DNA of 64,000 bases from Bythopirellula sp. (GTDB lineage Bacteria > Planctomycetota > Planctomycetia > Pirellulales > Lacipirellulaceae): positions 768,001 to 832,000 of the forward strand of contig OZ244170.1 of assembly GCA_965216565.1 (NCBI GenBank). Direction: 5' to 3'. A model generated the notes under the pieces. That model had not been told where the DNA came from. It saw only the letters and a list, made by a program, of their open reading frames with translations, and searched no databases. The translations under genes were made by a program, and so were the position numbers. Positions 31,242 through 40,796 of this stretch are shown piece after piece (the first letter of the stretch is position 1; every line of letters starts with the position of its first letter).

Positions 31242-32369
31242 ATGCCTACTTTGGAAACGACCGTCAATGGGCTTAAGATGCCTAACCCTTTTGTCATTGG
31301 CTCTGGCCCTCCGGGCACCAATGGCAATGTTATCGGCAAGGCTTTCGACGAAGGCTGGGGAGCCGTCATCTGCAAGACCATTAGCCTCGACGCCTCGAAA
31401 GTGGTGAACGTACAGCCCCGCTATGGGCGGTTCCGTGGCAGGGAATCCAAAGAGATCATCGGCTGGGAGAATATCGAGCTGATCAGCGATCGCAGCTTTG
31501 ATATTTGGGTGGAAGAACTCAAAGCAGTGAAGGACAAGTATCCAGATCGAATTCTAATCGCCTCGGTGATGGAAGAATTCCGCAAGGATGCTTGGGTTGA
31601 GATTATCGAGCGTTGCGAAGCGCTTGGCGTCGATGCCTTTGAACTGAACTTCTCCTGCCCGCACGGCTTGCCCGAACGCAAGATGGGCTCGGCGATGGGG
31701 GAGAACCCCGACATCCTGGAAGAAGTCTGCGGCTGGGTAAACGCCGTAGCCACCGTCCCGGTCTGGGCCAAGATGACTCCCAATGTGACCCACATCGAAG
31801 ATCCCACGCGGGCCTCCCTTAAGGCGGGTTGCGAGGGCATCGCTGCGATCAACACCATCCGCAGTGTCGTGGGTGTCGACCTGGACACGCTGAAGCCAGA
31901 ACCCTCGGTCGAAGGGTACACGACCCCCGGTGGTTATTCTTGTCGAGCGGTGATGCCAATCGCTCTACGAATGGTCATGGAAATCGCCCAGGTTATTAAA
32001 AAGGAGTATCCGGACCGCACACTTAGCGGCATCGGCGGTGTGGAAACCGGTAACGACGCGGCTCAGTTTATTCTGTTGGGCGCAGATACCGTACAAGTCT
32101 GCACGGGCGTGATGAAGTTTGGCTATCGTATGGTGCAAGATATGTGCGAAGAGCTATTGGAGTTCATGGAAAAGCACAAGTTCGAGACGCTCGACGACTT
32201 CAAAGGCCATAGCGTGCAGTATTTCACCACGCACTTCGATCTGGTCAAACGCCAGGCTGAAGCACGTGCAGCGAAGAAAGCCGAGCACGACAAGAAGATG
32301 ATCCAAGCCGACGACCAATGGAGCGGCGACGACTTCGTCGAACAAAGCGACGCATTGGCTCGGGGTTAG
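31242..32369 (+). CDS. preA: Dihydropyrimidine dehydrogenase FMN subunit (PreA/PYD1 type, no C-terminal Fe-S domain)
   Basis: NPFVIGSGPPGT, GWENIELISDR, ELNFSCPHG, KMTPN, INT and SGIGGV motifs. Confidence 0.9.
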   Translation: MPTLETTVNGLKMPNPFVIGSGPPGTNGNVIGKAFDEGWGAVICKTISLDASKVVNVQPRYGRFRGRESKEIIGWENIELISDRSFDIWVEELKAVKDKYPDRILIASVMEEFRKDAWVEIIERCEALGVDAFELNFSCPHGLPERKMGSAMGENPDILEEVCGWVNAVATVPVWAKMTPNVTHIEDPTRASLKAGCEGIAAINTIRSVVGVDLDTLKPEPSVEGYTTPGGYSCRAVMPIALRMVMEIAQVIKKEYPDRTLSGIGGVETGNDAAQFILLGADTVQVCTGVMKFGYRMVQDMCEELLEFMEKHKFETLDDFKGHSVQYFTTHFDLVKRQAEARAAKKAEHDKKMIQADDQWSGDDFVEQSDALARG

Positions 32370-32378
32370 GTCTTAGTT

Positions 32379-32506
32379 GAACCACGGAGATAAAAAGACA
32401 GGATGACGGGATTAGCTGGATTTACAGGATGAAGCAGTAGACCTGGATCTTTATCTCGTTAATCCTGTCATCCCGTCTAAAATAGCCTTCGTGCCTTTGT
32501 GGTTCA
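32379..32506. repeat. Intergenic short-unit inverted repeat array
   Basis: gacaggatgacgggattagctggatttacaggat / aatcctgtcatcccgtc between convergent genes. Confidence 0.55.
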
Positions 32507-32516
32507 TCTAGAACAA

Positions 32517-33896
32517 CTAAAAGTGCGTCGGTTCGCGGGTTAGGAGTTCGCCGCGACCGAGCGTGCCGACGAATTTTCCGTCGCGTGACTGCACTTCGCC
32601 GCGGACGGTCACCACGCTGGGGCGGCCTTTGAGCTCCCAGCCCTCGAACGCGCTGTAGTCGACGTTCATCTGCTGTGTCTCGACAGAAATCTTGCCCCGA
32701 TAGTCGGGATCGTAAACAACCAAATCGGCGTCACTGCCGACTTTCACGGCTCCCTTGCGAGGGTAGAGCCCAAACAGCTTGGCCGCCTGAGTGCTGGCAC
32801 AATCGACGAAGGTATTGAGGTCGATGTGCCCCTCGCACACGCCATGGGTGTAGAGCAAATTCACGCGATCTTCGACCGAGGGGATGCCATTGGGTATCTT
32901 GGTAAAATCATCGCGACCCATCTCTTTTTGATCTTTATAGTCGAAGGGTGCATGATCGGTGCCCACGGTGCTAATGAGCCGCGATCGGAGTCCCGCCCAC
33001 AGAAAGGGCTTGTGTGAGGGCTCGCGAAGCGGCGGGGACATCACGTATTTGGCACCCTCGAAATTAGGCAATTCTGAGTAGCTGCGATCGAGTGTTAGGT
33101 AGGGAATCACCGTCTCGATCCAAGCCTGCACGCCACGCAAGCGGGCGGATTGAACGGCTTCGAGTGCTCCTCGGCAGGAGGTGTGCACGCAGTACACATG
33201 GGCGCCGGTCATTTCCGCGAATGTCATCAGGTGACTTACGCCTTCGGTTTCGACCTGGGGAGGCCGGGATCGCTCGTGCCATTCGGTTCCCGTCTTGCCT
33301 TCGGATATCAGCTTGTTTTGCAAAGCGGTGACTAAGGTTTCGTTCTCGCAATGAGCGGTAACGATGACTCCCAATTTCTTGGCGAGTGACAACGTATCGA
33401 AGAGTTCTTGATCGGTGACTCCGAAGGCACCCTTGTATGCCAGGAAAATTTTGAAGGAAGCGATGCCTTGGTTGACGATTTCGCGCAGTTGCGATTCGGC
33501 CTGTTCATCGTAGCGTGACACGCCCATGTGGAAAGTGAAATCGCAGGCTGACTGCTCTGTCTTGGATTTCCACAATTCGAAGGTTTCCAGCGGCTGTTCT
33601 TCGCGGCTGGGGCAGCACATTTCGATCAGAGTTGTCGTCCCACCAACGAGGGCCGCTCGGCTTGCCGTTTCGTAATTGTCCTTGGCATAGGTCCCCATAA
33701 AGGGCAGATAGATATGCACGTGGGGGTCGATGAAGCCAGGGAACACATATTTCCCTGCAGCGTCGATAACCTCTGCATCGGCTGGAGCATCGATATGGGG
33801 AGCGATGGCCTTGATGGTTTCGCCTTCGCAAAGGACATCAGCCACAAAATCATCGGCGTCGGTAATGACTCTTCCGCCCTTGATCAACAATGCCAT
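32517..33896 (-). CDS. hydA: Dihydropyrimidinase
   Basis: PGFIDPHVH, GGTTT, SFKIF, HCEN, YVMSPPLR, GTDHAPF and KIPNG motifs. ATG at 33896. Confidence 0.95.
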   Translation of the reverse strand: MALLIKGGRVITDADDFVADVLCEGETIKAIAPHIDAPADAEVIDAAGKYVFPGFIDPHVHIYLPFMGTYAKDNYETASRAALVGGTTTLIEMCCPSREEQPLETFELWKSKTEQSACDFTFHMGVSRYDEQAESQLREIVNQGIASFKIFLAYKGAFGVTDQELFDTLSLAKKLGVIVTAHCENETLVTALQNKLISEGKTGTEWHERSRPPQVETEGVSHLMTFAEMTGAHVYCVHTSCRGALEAVQSARLRGVQAWIETVIPYLTLDRSYSELPNFEGAKYVMSPPLREPSHKPFLWAGLRSRLISTVGTDHAPFDYKDQKEMGRDDFTKIPNGIPSVEDRVNLLYTHGVCEGHIDLNTFVDCASTQAAKLFGLYPRKGAVKVGSDADLVVYDPDYRGKISVETQQMNVDYSAFEGWELKGRPSVVTVRGEVQSRDGKFVGTLGRGELLTREPTHF

Positions 33897-34183
33897 CGAA
33901 TCACTCCAGAAATCGAGTCGGATAGGAACTACAGGCCAGCGGAGAGGGCGGGGGAACGATTTCAACCGCCCTGTTTTCCAGGCACATTTCGATTGTGCCA
34001 ACGGCAGGGTTCCGGTCAAGTCGGTTATACCGAAATTGAGGCGATTCGTCTCGCAGTCTGAATCGTGCTCTTGCTGTGCGTGCTACCTAGTGCAGGCTTG
34101 AAAGCTAAGCTTTGAAGTCGAATGTCTACTTGATTCAGATAGTATTTGCGTAATGGGCGGACCCCGATGGGCCCGAATTCTTT

Positions 34184-35632
34184 ATGAAGGTCTGCATGAA
34201 AACTCGTAACCGCTCGTTTCTGATCGCCTTGCTGGTCATCTGCCAAACCGCCTGTCTGGGTTTTGGTGTGATTTGGGCCACGGGATGGCTGTGGAATAAG
34301 TTCGAAGACGTGGTCTACGACTATGTCGTCGCCGAAGGCCGAGCGGTTGCTCATGGGATCGCGCTCAAGACTTCTACTTTAAAACTAGAAGATGTTGCCC
34401 CTGGAACTAGTGAATGGGAGCAACTGCAAGAAATGTGCGAAACAGAAGCGATCCCGCACAATGGCTTTCTGTGTTTTATGCGTCAGGACAATGGGGCCAT
34501 GTTGTGCCATCCCAAGCTTTGGCAAGATCCGGGCCTGCTGCGTCTGTTTCCAGGACGTGGATTGTTAATAAACGACGCCGGGGCCACGCCGATTGTGGAG
34601 GTCACCCGTGCGGACGATGAATTGCAGAGTGCGGTTACTGGTAAAGTCGATCTGGACGGCGATGTCTACGTGTTTACCGGATTTGCGTTCCCTGATTCGA
34701 ATATCACTCTTGGCGTCTATCAATCAGACATGGCCATTGACTTGTTCATTGCATCGACCATACGACCCGTCATGCAAGTTGGCTATGTGCTGGTAGCATT
34801 TGTTGTCGGGGGGACGTCGATTGTCACGATGTTCCTCATCAATCGTTATGAGAATGGCCTTAAGGAGGTCAACTCCCACCTGGAAACACAAGTACAGGAC
34901 AGGACCAGAGCGCTGCTGAAAACACGCAATGCCGTGACCGTGGGATTGGCTAGGCTCGCTGAGTCGCGCGACAAAGACACAGGGGAACATCTCGAGCGAC
35001 TTCGGTCGTATGTAACCGTGCTTGCCTCGGAATTGGCAAAGACTAATCCGGAGATCGACCACCATTTTGTTGCTGATTTGTCGGTTGCCGCGACTTTGCA
35101 CGACATTGGCAAAGTTGGCATCCCGGACGAAGTCCTGCTGAAGGAAGGTAAGCTAACTCCCACAGAACGACAGGCCATGGAAATGCACACCACTTTGGGA
35201 AGCGAGTGCCTGTCTGTCGTGCGACGCCAATTGGGCGATGATGATTTCTTGGAAATGTCTCAGCAAATTGCTGCGTCACACCACGAACGTTGGGATGGTT
35301 GCGGCTATCCGGAAGGCCTGCGTGGAAAAGAGATCCCCCTTCCGGCACGCCTCGTATCCCTTGCGGACGTTTACGACGCCCTCACTTCAGAGCGACCGTA
35401 CAAAGAGGCTGTTAGTCACGAAGAAGCGAGGGATTGGATTGTGACGCGATACGGAGAGCACTTCGATCCTGCTATCGTAGAAGCCTTCGTCGCTCGCGAA
35501 GCCGACTTCCGTCGGATCTTTGAAGAGAATCAGAAGAAGCTTGCGGCAACGCAAGAAGCCACACAGCCGATGAAAGTAGCCCCTCTAGGGCCAATTGAAG
35601 AACGAGCGATCTGTGATGCCCCGCAAGTGTGA
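34184..35632 (+). CDS. Membrane sensor HD-GYP phosphodiesterase
   Basis: 2 TM segments around an extracytoplasmic domain, plus TGEHLER, LHDIGK, HHERWDGCGYP and DVYDAL. Confidence 0.92.
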   Translation: MKVCMKTRNRSFLIALLVICQTACLGFGVIWATGWLWNKFEDVVYDYVVAEGRAVAHGIALKTSTLKLEDVAPGTSEWEQLQEMCETEAIPHNGFLCFMRQDNGAMLCHPKLWQDPGLLRLFPGRGLLINDAGATPIVEVTRADDELQSAVTGKVDLDGDVYVFTGFAFPDSNITLGVYQSDMAIDLFIASTIRPVMQVGYVLVAFVVGGTSIVTMFLINRYENGLKEVNSHLETQVQDRTRALLKTRNAVTVGLARLAESRDKDTGEHLERLRSYVTVLASELAKTNPEIDHHFVADLSVAATLHDIGKVGIPDEVLLKEGKLTPTERQAMEMHTTLGSECLSVVRRQLGDDDFLEMSQQIAASHHERWDGCGYPEGLRGKEIPLPARLVSLADVYDALTSERPYKEAVSHEEARDWIVTRYGEHFDPAIVEAFVAREADFRRIFEENQKKLAATQEATQPMKVAPLGPIEERAICDAPQV

Positions 35633-35658
35633 GGATCTTTTGCTCTTCACGATTGAGG

Positions 35659-36684
35659 CTATTCCAATTCGTCTGCTAACTCTTCGGCTTCATGCAGCAT
35701 AGAATCGATTTTCTTGCGAGCTGAAACATAGTAGCAGGCACCCACGGCAGCAAACGCATACATCATGGCACGAAATGCGAGCGCGACGATTGTGCCGTCG
35801 CCCTGCGGAGCGCCGATCTTGGTGTAGAAAAACTCTACGGTAGCCTCCAGCGTGCCGATGCCACCCGGCGTAAGTGGTAGAGTTCCCGCCAGCAAACTAG
35901 GGGGCACTATCGAGGCGCACTGAGTGAGCGTGGGTTTGAAGACGGGCAGTCCCTGACTAATCAGCCAAAACGAGAGAATCAGTAAAGAATGGGTTGCCAT
36001 TCCCAGTAGCAATCCCGCAAACACGTATTTGCGACGTTTGTGGTAGGTGGCCGCAGCATCGATTAGACGCGTCAGTGTGTGGCCTACCAGGGGAATGCCA
36101 TCGGCAATGTCTCTGACACGTTTGCCGGTGGCCAGTGGACTCATCGACCAGGCGAACCCAGCCGTCCCCACAGCTAAGGCCGACCAAACTACGAAGCGCA
36201 ACTGTTCGATCAAACCTTTGTCGCTGATCTGCTCATCGACGAACAGCAGTCCTAGCGCTCCGACAATCAGCATGGCGTACAGGCCCACAGCACGGTCAAT
36301 GAGGACTGTCGCGATAGCCTCTGTGCGATTGCCTTCTTGTTCGCGTGCGATGAAAACGGCCTTGAGCAAATCGCCGCCAATACTCCCGGGGGAGATCTGA
36401 TTAAACATGAACCCCAAGGTGCCCAGCCGAAAGGCGTCGCGGAGGTGGAACTTCAAGCCCAAGGCCCAAACAAATAGATACCACCGCACAAAGCTCAACG
36501 AGAAACCAGTCAGAACCATTCCCCAGCCGAGCAAGAGAAATAGCCAATTCTTGGGTTCACTAGCGAGGCGAGAGAACCCATCGCTCGATTGGATGCGTCC
36601 TAGCAGAAAGTAAAGGATGAGCCCGGCTACTGCTATTTTAATGACGGCTATCAGCAGCTTTCGGCGATGCGACTGGTGGGACAT
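35659..36684 (-). CDS. Lysylphosphatidylglycerol synthase TM-region (UPF0104) protein
   Basis: VRW, PGSIGGDLLK, DRAVGL and LPLTPGGIG..E motifs. Confidence 0.88.
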   Translation of the reverse strand: MSHQSHRRKLLIAVIKIAVAGLILYFLLGRIQSSDGFSRLASEPKNWLFLLLGWGMVLTGFSLSFVRWYLFVWALGLKFHLRDAFRLGTLGFMFNQISPGSIGGDLLKAVFIAREQEGNRTEAIATVLIDRAVGLYAMLIVGALGLLFVDEQISDKGLIEQLRFVVWSALAVGTAGFAWSMSPLATGKRVRDIADGIPLVGHTLTRLIDAAATYHKRRKYVFAGLLLGMATHSLLILSFWLISQGLPVFKPTLTQCASIVPPSLLAGTLPLTPGGIGTLEATVEFFYTKIGAPQGDGTIVALAFRAMMYAFAAVGACYYVSARKKIDSMLHEAEELADELE

Positions 36685-36792
36685 AAGGTAGGCGGGCGGC
36701 GTTGACAATTGGGGCAGAGGGTGATAGTTTGCCAGTTTAACCAGCCGCCGACCACCTCAATAGGCGGCGTGTGGTTAAGACAGATCTATCAC

Positions 36793-36865
36793 GGGGGATT
36801 AGCTCAGTTGGGAGAGCGTTTGGCTGGCAGCCAAAAGGTCAGCGGTTCGAGCCCGCTATCCTCCA
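36793..36865 (+). tRNA. tRNA-Ala (GGC)
   Basis: Cloverleaf with acceptor GGGGGAT/ATCCTCC (G3:U70), anticodon arm TTTGG-CTGGCAG-CCAAA and GGTTCGAG T-loop. CCA is not encoded. Confidence 0.96.
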
Positions 36866-37004
36866 CTTGCCGATTTAGATCACGATAAAGCCCTTGGTTG
36901 CCTAGCTGGCTCCCGAGGGCTTTTTCATTTTCTCTGCTTCTGCTTCTTTCGGAAAAATTGCGAATGAGAGCTCAGCCTGGGGCACTGGATTGGGGAGACT
37001 AGAA

Positions 37005-37036
37005 CAAAAAAAGGCCGCCCCACAGGGACGGCCTTT
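37005..37036 (-). terminator. Probable intrinsic terminator of the PEP-CTERM gene
   Basis: GGCCGTCC/GGGCGGCC stem plus T-run on the minus strand. Confidence 0.7.
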
Positions 37037-37065
37037 GTGATGTCTTTTTGAACGCTGAAAACTAC

Positions 37066-37932
37066 TTAGCTTCGTCGTCGGCTTGCAACGCCTGCCAGCA
37101 GGCCCGAGAGCAACAACAGTGCTGTCGTCGGCTCAGGGATGTTTGTGGTGATGGTCACGCCATCGGCATCCTTCTTCTGAATAAAGGAACTGTTGCCGTT
37201 CTCGCTGGTAGCAACCAGAGTGTTATCGATGGCAACATTAACCTTGGTCGCACCAAAGGTGTAAGGAATACCCAAGAGATCAAGCTCAGCATTGATGTCG
37301 ATCATGCCTTCGCCAGACCAGGCCGTATTGAATACAGGTCCGCCACCGCCATCGGTGAGGAGACCGTAGTCACCGTCGGACGGGGTGAAAACCATTGAGG
37401 TCGTGAGATTGATAGCTCCAGGTGCGGGTGCACCGTCAATTTCAATGACGTCAACAAAGATGTTGGCAAAGACAGCCGTGGAGGTAAAGTCGGTTCCAAT
37501 GCCGGCCAATGTCGTATCGCCACGCTCCAGGAACTTGATGTTTTCAATCACGCTCAGTTCTTTGGCTTGCACCATGAAGTTCAGCTGACCATCGGTGATG
37601 TCAGCAGCATGGCCTGTCGTAGCATCGGACTTCGCTTGGAAGCCCATAGGATCGAAATCGATGCTGTCACCGGTTACCGCGGTAGGTGCACCAAACAGCA
37701 TAGCGGCGCCACCATTGGGATCTTCTGTATTGGATTCAGAAACGGCAGTGTACCAGACGGTGTCACCCATCCAGCCGTTCATGCCATTCGGATCGGTATC
37801 TGGGCCAACGTAGTTGATCGTACCAGCCAAAGAAGTGGCAGCCGGTAGCAGCAGAGAAATCACCAACGCAGCGCACATGAATAAAGAGAAGGCGCGCGTA
37901 TGAAAAGCGAATGTCCGTGTTGTCGAAATCAT
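37066..37932 (-). CDS. PEP-CTERM sorting domain protein
   Basis: Signal peptide and C-terminal IPEPTTALLLLSGLLAGVASRRRS. Confidence 0.92.
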   Translation of the reverse strand: MISTTRTFAFHTRAFSLFMCAALVISLLLPAATSLAGTINYVGPDTDPNGMNGWMGDTVWYTAVSESNTEDPNGGAAMLFGAPTAVTGDSIDFDPMGFQAKSDATTGHAADITDGQLNFMVQAKELSVIENIKFLERGDTTLAGIGTDFTSTAVFANIFVDVIEIDGAPAPGAINLTTSMVFTPSDGDYGLLTDGGGGPVFNTAWSGEGMIDINAELDLLGIPYTFGATKVNVAIDNTLVATSENGNSSFIQKKDADGVTITTNIPEPTTALLLLSGLLAGVASRRRS

Positions 37933-38449
37933 TAGTCCGTTTCCTTGCCAGTGATGTCCTGGTCGATCTTGCTTCCTGAATAAATCCGATACGGTATGAA
38001 TCAGTTAATTAGAGCGTCCACGCACCGCCCCGGTAGCGCAGATTTACCTTGCTCTGGCGTTATGATAAGGGGGTTTCCCACACATTGCAATCAAATGGTT
38101 GCAAGAAAAGCGGCTATTCTCGGCTAGGCCTAACACGAGAGCGATATTGTCTATTTTTCGTATTCTACGGCACCGTTAAACACTTGGTTTGAATAGGTTT
38201 ACGCAATGGCAAGACACTCGGGAACCTCTCCCCCACTTTCTATCGGACATGCGCATTCAAATTCACGGTATTGCGCATCGTAGGCAGTTTCCCCCATTCG
38301 CTTAGAAAGCGAGCTGAATCCAGATGCTATTGAGACCTGACGAGATTGAGTAAAACGAACCTGGAAATTGATAATGCACAGGCGAGATGGTATTTTCTGG
38401 CACTTGCGAATCACTTGCTCTTCACTCCTGATTGTTGGTGGAGATAACC

Positions 38450-39133
38450 ATGGCTAAAGAAAAATTCGAGCGTACTAAGCCACATGTCAACGTCGGCACG
38501 AATTCCGCAACGTTGGAAGATACCTCGGGTTCACTAGTTGTTACCGACTCTGCGATACCTACTGGGAACGACTCAGGATCCACGGATGTTGGCGCGTCTG
38601 GTCTTTCTCTAGACGGACCGGCGTCTCCCTCGCCAACTGTTGAATACACGGCTTCAGTAGCCTTTCCAATTGACACCGATTTTGTATTCGATCCAAACAG
38701 CAGTGGCGCCGCTGAATCGATCGACTTTCAGTTTGAAGTGATGTCACTTGGTATTGCTGGGGCAGACGATGTCGAAATTTCTCTGGCTATCTTGCAGGGC
38801 GAAGCGTTTGTCTTCTCGCGAACAGGTGTCTCGCTAGTTATCGATAGTGCGGATACAAAATGGACTCCGTTTCAAGTGACAGACGCACAGGCCACAGAAT
38901 TCAACGCAGTTGATGGAGGGAGTGAGCGCCCCGACTTTAGTCGGCCCTTCCAATTCGGCTACTCGTTGACTAGCGAATACACCAACACCGCATTGGATGT
39001 CGACTTGGCACTGGACAACATGGTTGTGGAGATTACCACCATTCCCGAGCCAACATCTCTGGCGCTCGTGGCAGCAATGGGTGTGTCGCTGCTTTGGGAC
39101 CGTCTGTGGCGAGACGATAAGGGGCCTACATAG
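38450..39133 (+). CDS. Chimeric ORF: EF-Tu N-terminal 17 aa fused to a PEP-CTERM protein lacking a signal peptide (possible pseudogene)
   Basis: Starts MAKEKFERTKPHVNVGT after a GGAG RBS and ends IPEPTSLALVAAMG.. Confidence 0.8.
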   Translation: MAKEKFERTKPHVNVGTNSATLEDTSGSLVVTDSAIPTGNDSGSTDVGASGLSLDGPASPSPTVEYTASVAFPIDTDFVFDPNSSGAAESIDFQFEVMSLGIAGADDVEISLAILQGEAFVFSRTGVSLVIDSADTKWTPFQVTDAQATEFNAVDGGSERPDFSRPFQFGYSLTSEYTNTALDVDLALDNMVVEITTIPEPTSLALVAAMGVSLLWDRLWRDDKGPT

Positions 39134-39150
39134 AACGTCGAAGAAAAGTC

Positions 39151-39651
39151 TTAGCGGCCAGATAGCTTCGTCGGCACAACGGGGTCTTTGCTCGCCACTT
39201 GTGCCGTCCGCTTATTTAGCAGCGGGTAAACACGTTTGGCAAACGCCCTCGGCTCGACATAGCCTTCCATAAAATCGAGGACCTTACCATCGGGTCCAAT
39301 CAGAATCGACGACGGATAGCCTCGAATGCCAAGTTTCTTGACGAGAGCCTGATACTCGTTGGCATGAGCCAAGACGCTCTCGGTATTGCCAACCAGCATC
39401 TTTTCAATTGCCGGATGGCGGTAAGTCTCCTTAATCATCTTCTTGCAATAAACGCAGTTGTCGGAAGTGAACATTACCAGGAGAGGTTTTTTCCGAGCAA
39501 CAGCCAGATTCCAGCCCTGTTCTACATTCTTATGGGCAAATAGTGCTTGAGTCTTGGCCGGAGCTTTGCTGGCAGTTTGGGCATGCGAGCTGCCTGCTCC
39601 TATAGCAATCGTGAGGACCAGTGCCATGCTGGCTAGAAAGACGCGGTACAT
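39151..39651 (-). CDS. Secreted thioredoxin-fold protein (CVYC)
   Basis: KPLLVMFTSDNCVYC and GIRGYPS. Confidence 0.87.
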   Translation of the reverse strand: MYRVFLASMALVLTIAIGAGSSHAQTASKAPAKTQALFAHKNVEQGWNLAVARKKPLLVMFTSDNCVYCKKMIKETYRHPAIEKMLVGNTESVLAHANEYQALVKKLGIRGYPSSILIGPDGKVLDFMEGYVEPRAFAKRVYPLLNKRTAQVASKDPVVPTKLSGR

Positions 39652-39813
39652 GCAATGGCCTCGAAAATGGGCGGTGTCAGGCTGATGAAGGATGTTGACG
39701 TAGACGGTCTGTCGCCGTCAGTACCCATTATCGTCGGGAGCGGCAAACAAGTAGTGTGAATCAGTCCACAAACTCCGAATTTCGTCGACTAAGCGATAGA
39801 AGTGCAGTTCACA

Positions 39814-40386
39814 TTATCGCGTTTGTGACGAAGTTTTCGAAGAGGCAAGGCTTGTTTGCAGACGTCGCTCCAGAGTTTTTCTGTCAACATAGCCTTCGAT
39901 CACATCCATGATTTTGTTGTTCGGGCCCACAAGCACGGTGGTGGGATACCACTTTACCTTGAGTTTTGCGACCAGTTTGGGATGCTTGTTGCGTGTGACA
40001 TAAAGCGTCTCGAAGGATTTCACAAGCATCTGTTCCATGGCAGGCTGTCGGTAAGATTCTGCCATCATCTTGTCGCAGTGGTGGCAGCCGGACATCGAGA
40101 CGTAGAGCAGAATGGGGCGATTCGATTCCTGCGATGCGGTCCAAGCTTCGGGATACGTCGAATAGCCGAACAAGGATCGTGGCTTGTCGACCACGGTTTT
40201 GCAGGACGTCAGCATCGTGGGGGACTTCGTATGCGCAACTAATTTGCAAGATTTTGCTGCTCCTGCCAGGTGGCGAGTGGAGGTCTTGTCTGCTTCGCAT
40301 TCTCCTCGGGCAGAAGTCTGAATGTAAAGTAAAGTCATCAGTGTTACGGTACCGATGACTACTCTTCTTGAACTCGATATAGCCAT
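39814..40386 (-). CDS. Secreted thioredoxin-fold protein (CHHC), paralogue of its neighbour
   Basis: RPILLYVSMSGCHHC, KWYPTT and EGYV shared with 39151-39651. Confidence 0.85.
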   Translation of the reverse strand: MAISSSRRVVIGTVTLMTLLYIQTSARGECEADKTSTRHLAGAAKSCKLVAHTKSPTMLTSCKTVVDKPRSLFGYSTYPEAWTASQESNRPILLYVSMSGCHHCDKMMAESYRQPAMEQMLVKSFETLYVTRNKHPKLVAKLKVKWYPTTVLVGPNNKIMDVIEGYVDRKTLERRLQTSLASSKTSSQTR

Positions 40387-40600
40387 ACTCAGTTCGCCTT
40401 TCCTACCAGAGCCGTGCGGTTGCGGTCCCCGCCTCCTGGTAGATATCGGCATCTGCTAGCGTAATTGTTCCCCGGAAGGTCGGTGGGGCTCACGCTTCCC
40501 GAAAAGACCGCAAGCGTGACGATCGGCATCGAGAGCCTTGCCGTCACAATCGGCATAAATGATTAGACGCAGTGCGAAAGAAGACGCACCAACTTCAGAA

Positions 40601-40650
40601 TAGCCGGAGGCACACTTGCCTCCGGGATTCGGCGGAAAGAGTGGCGGTTC
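40601..40650. repeat. Palindromic element family A, partial copy 4
   Basis: TAGCCGGAGGCACACTTGCCTCCGGG. Confidence 0.75.
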
Positions 40651-40796
40651 AACCGTTAGCGAACTGGAATTGGAGTGCTACTCTACATCGCTAATCTACA
40701 TCGCTAAGAGCGTTTTCAGCGTTGGCGTTCCGCTGTAATGTGGTCATTTCGCTGTGTCTTGGCAGACACCGCCAACTAAGAGGCGGACCGAGAAAG

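Noticed and set aside
36793..36930. tRNA-Ala as an island integration site
   Set aside because: No integrase and no duplicated tRNA 3' end found in the window.
38448..38505. NcoI (CCATGG) and EcoRI (GAATTC) sites bracketing the EF-Tu fragment, suggesting a cloning construct
   Set aside because: No vector, marker or polylinker sequence nearby, and 6-mers are expected by chance. Not fully excluded.
38450..39133. Calling this gene tuf
   Set aside because: Only 17 residues match and there is no GHVDHGKT P-loop or remainder of EF-Tu.
40684..40708. CTACATCGCTAA duplicated
   Set aside because: Simple slippage-type duplication with no further copies seen.
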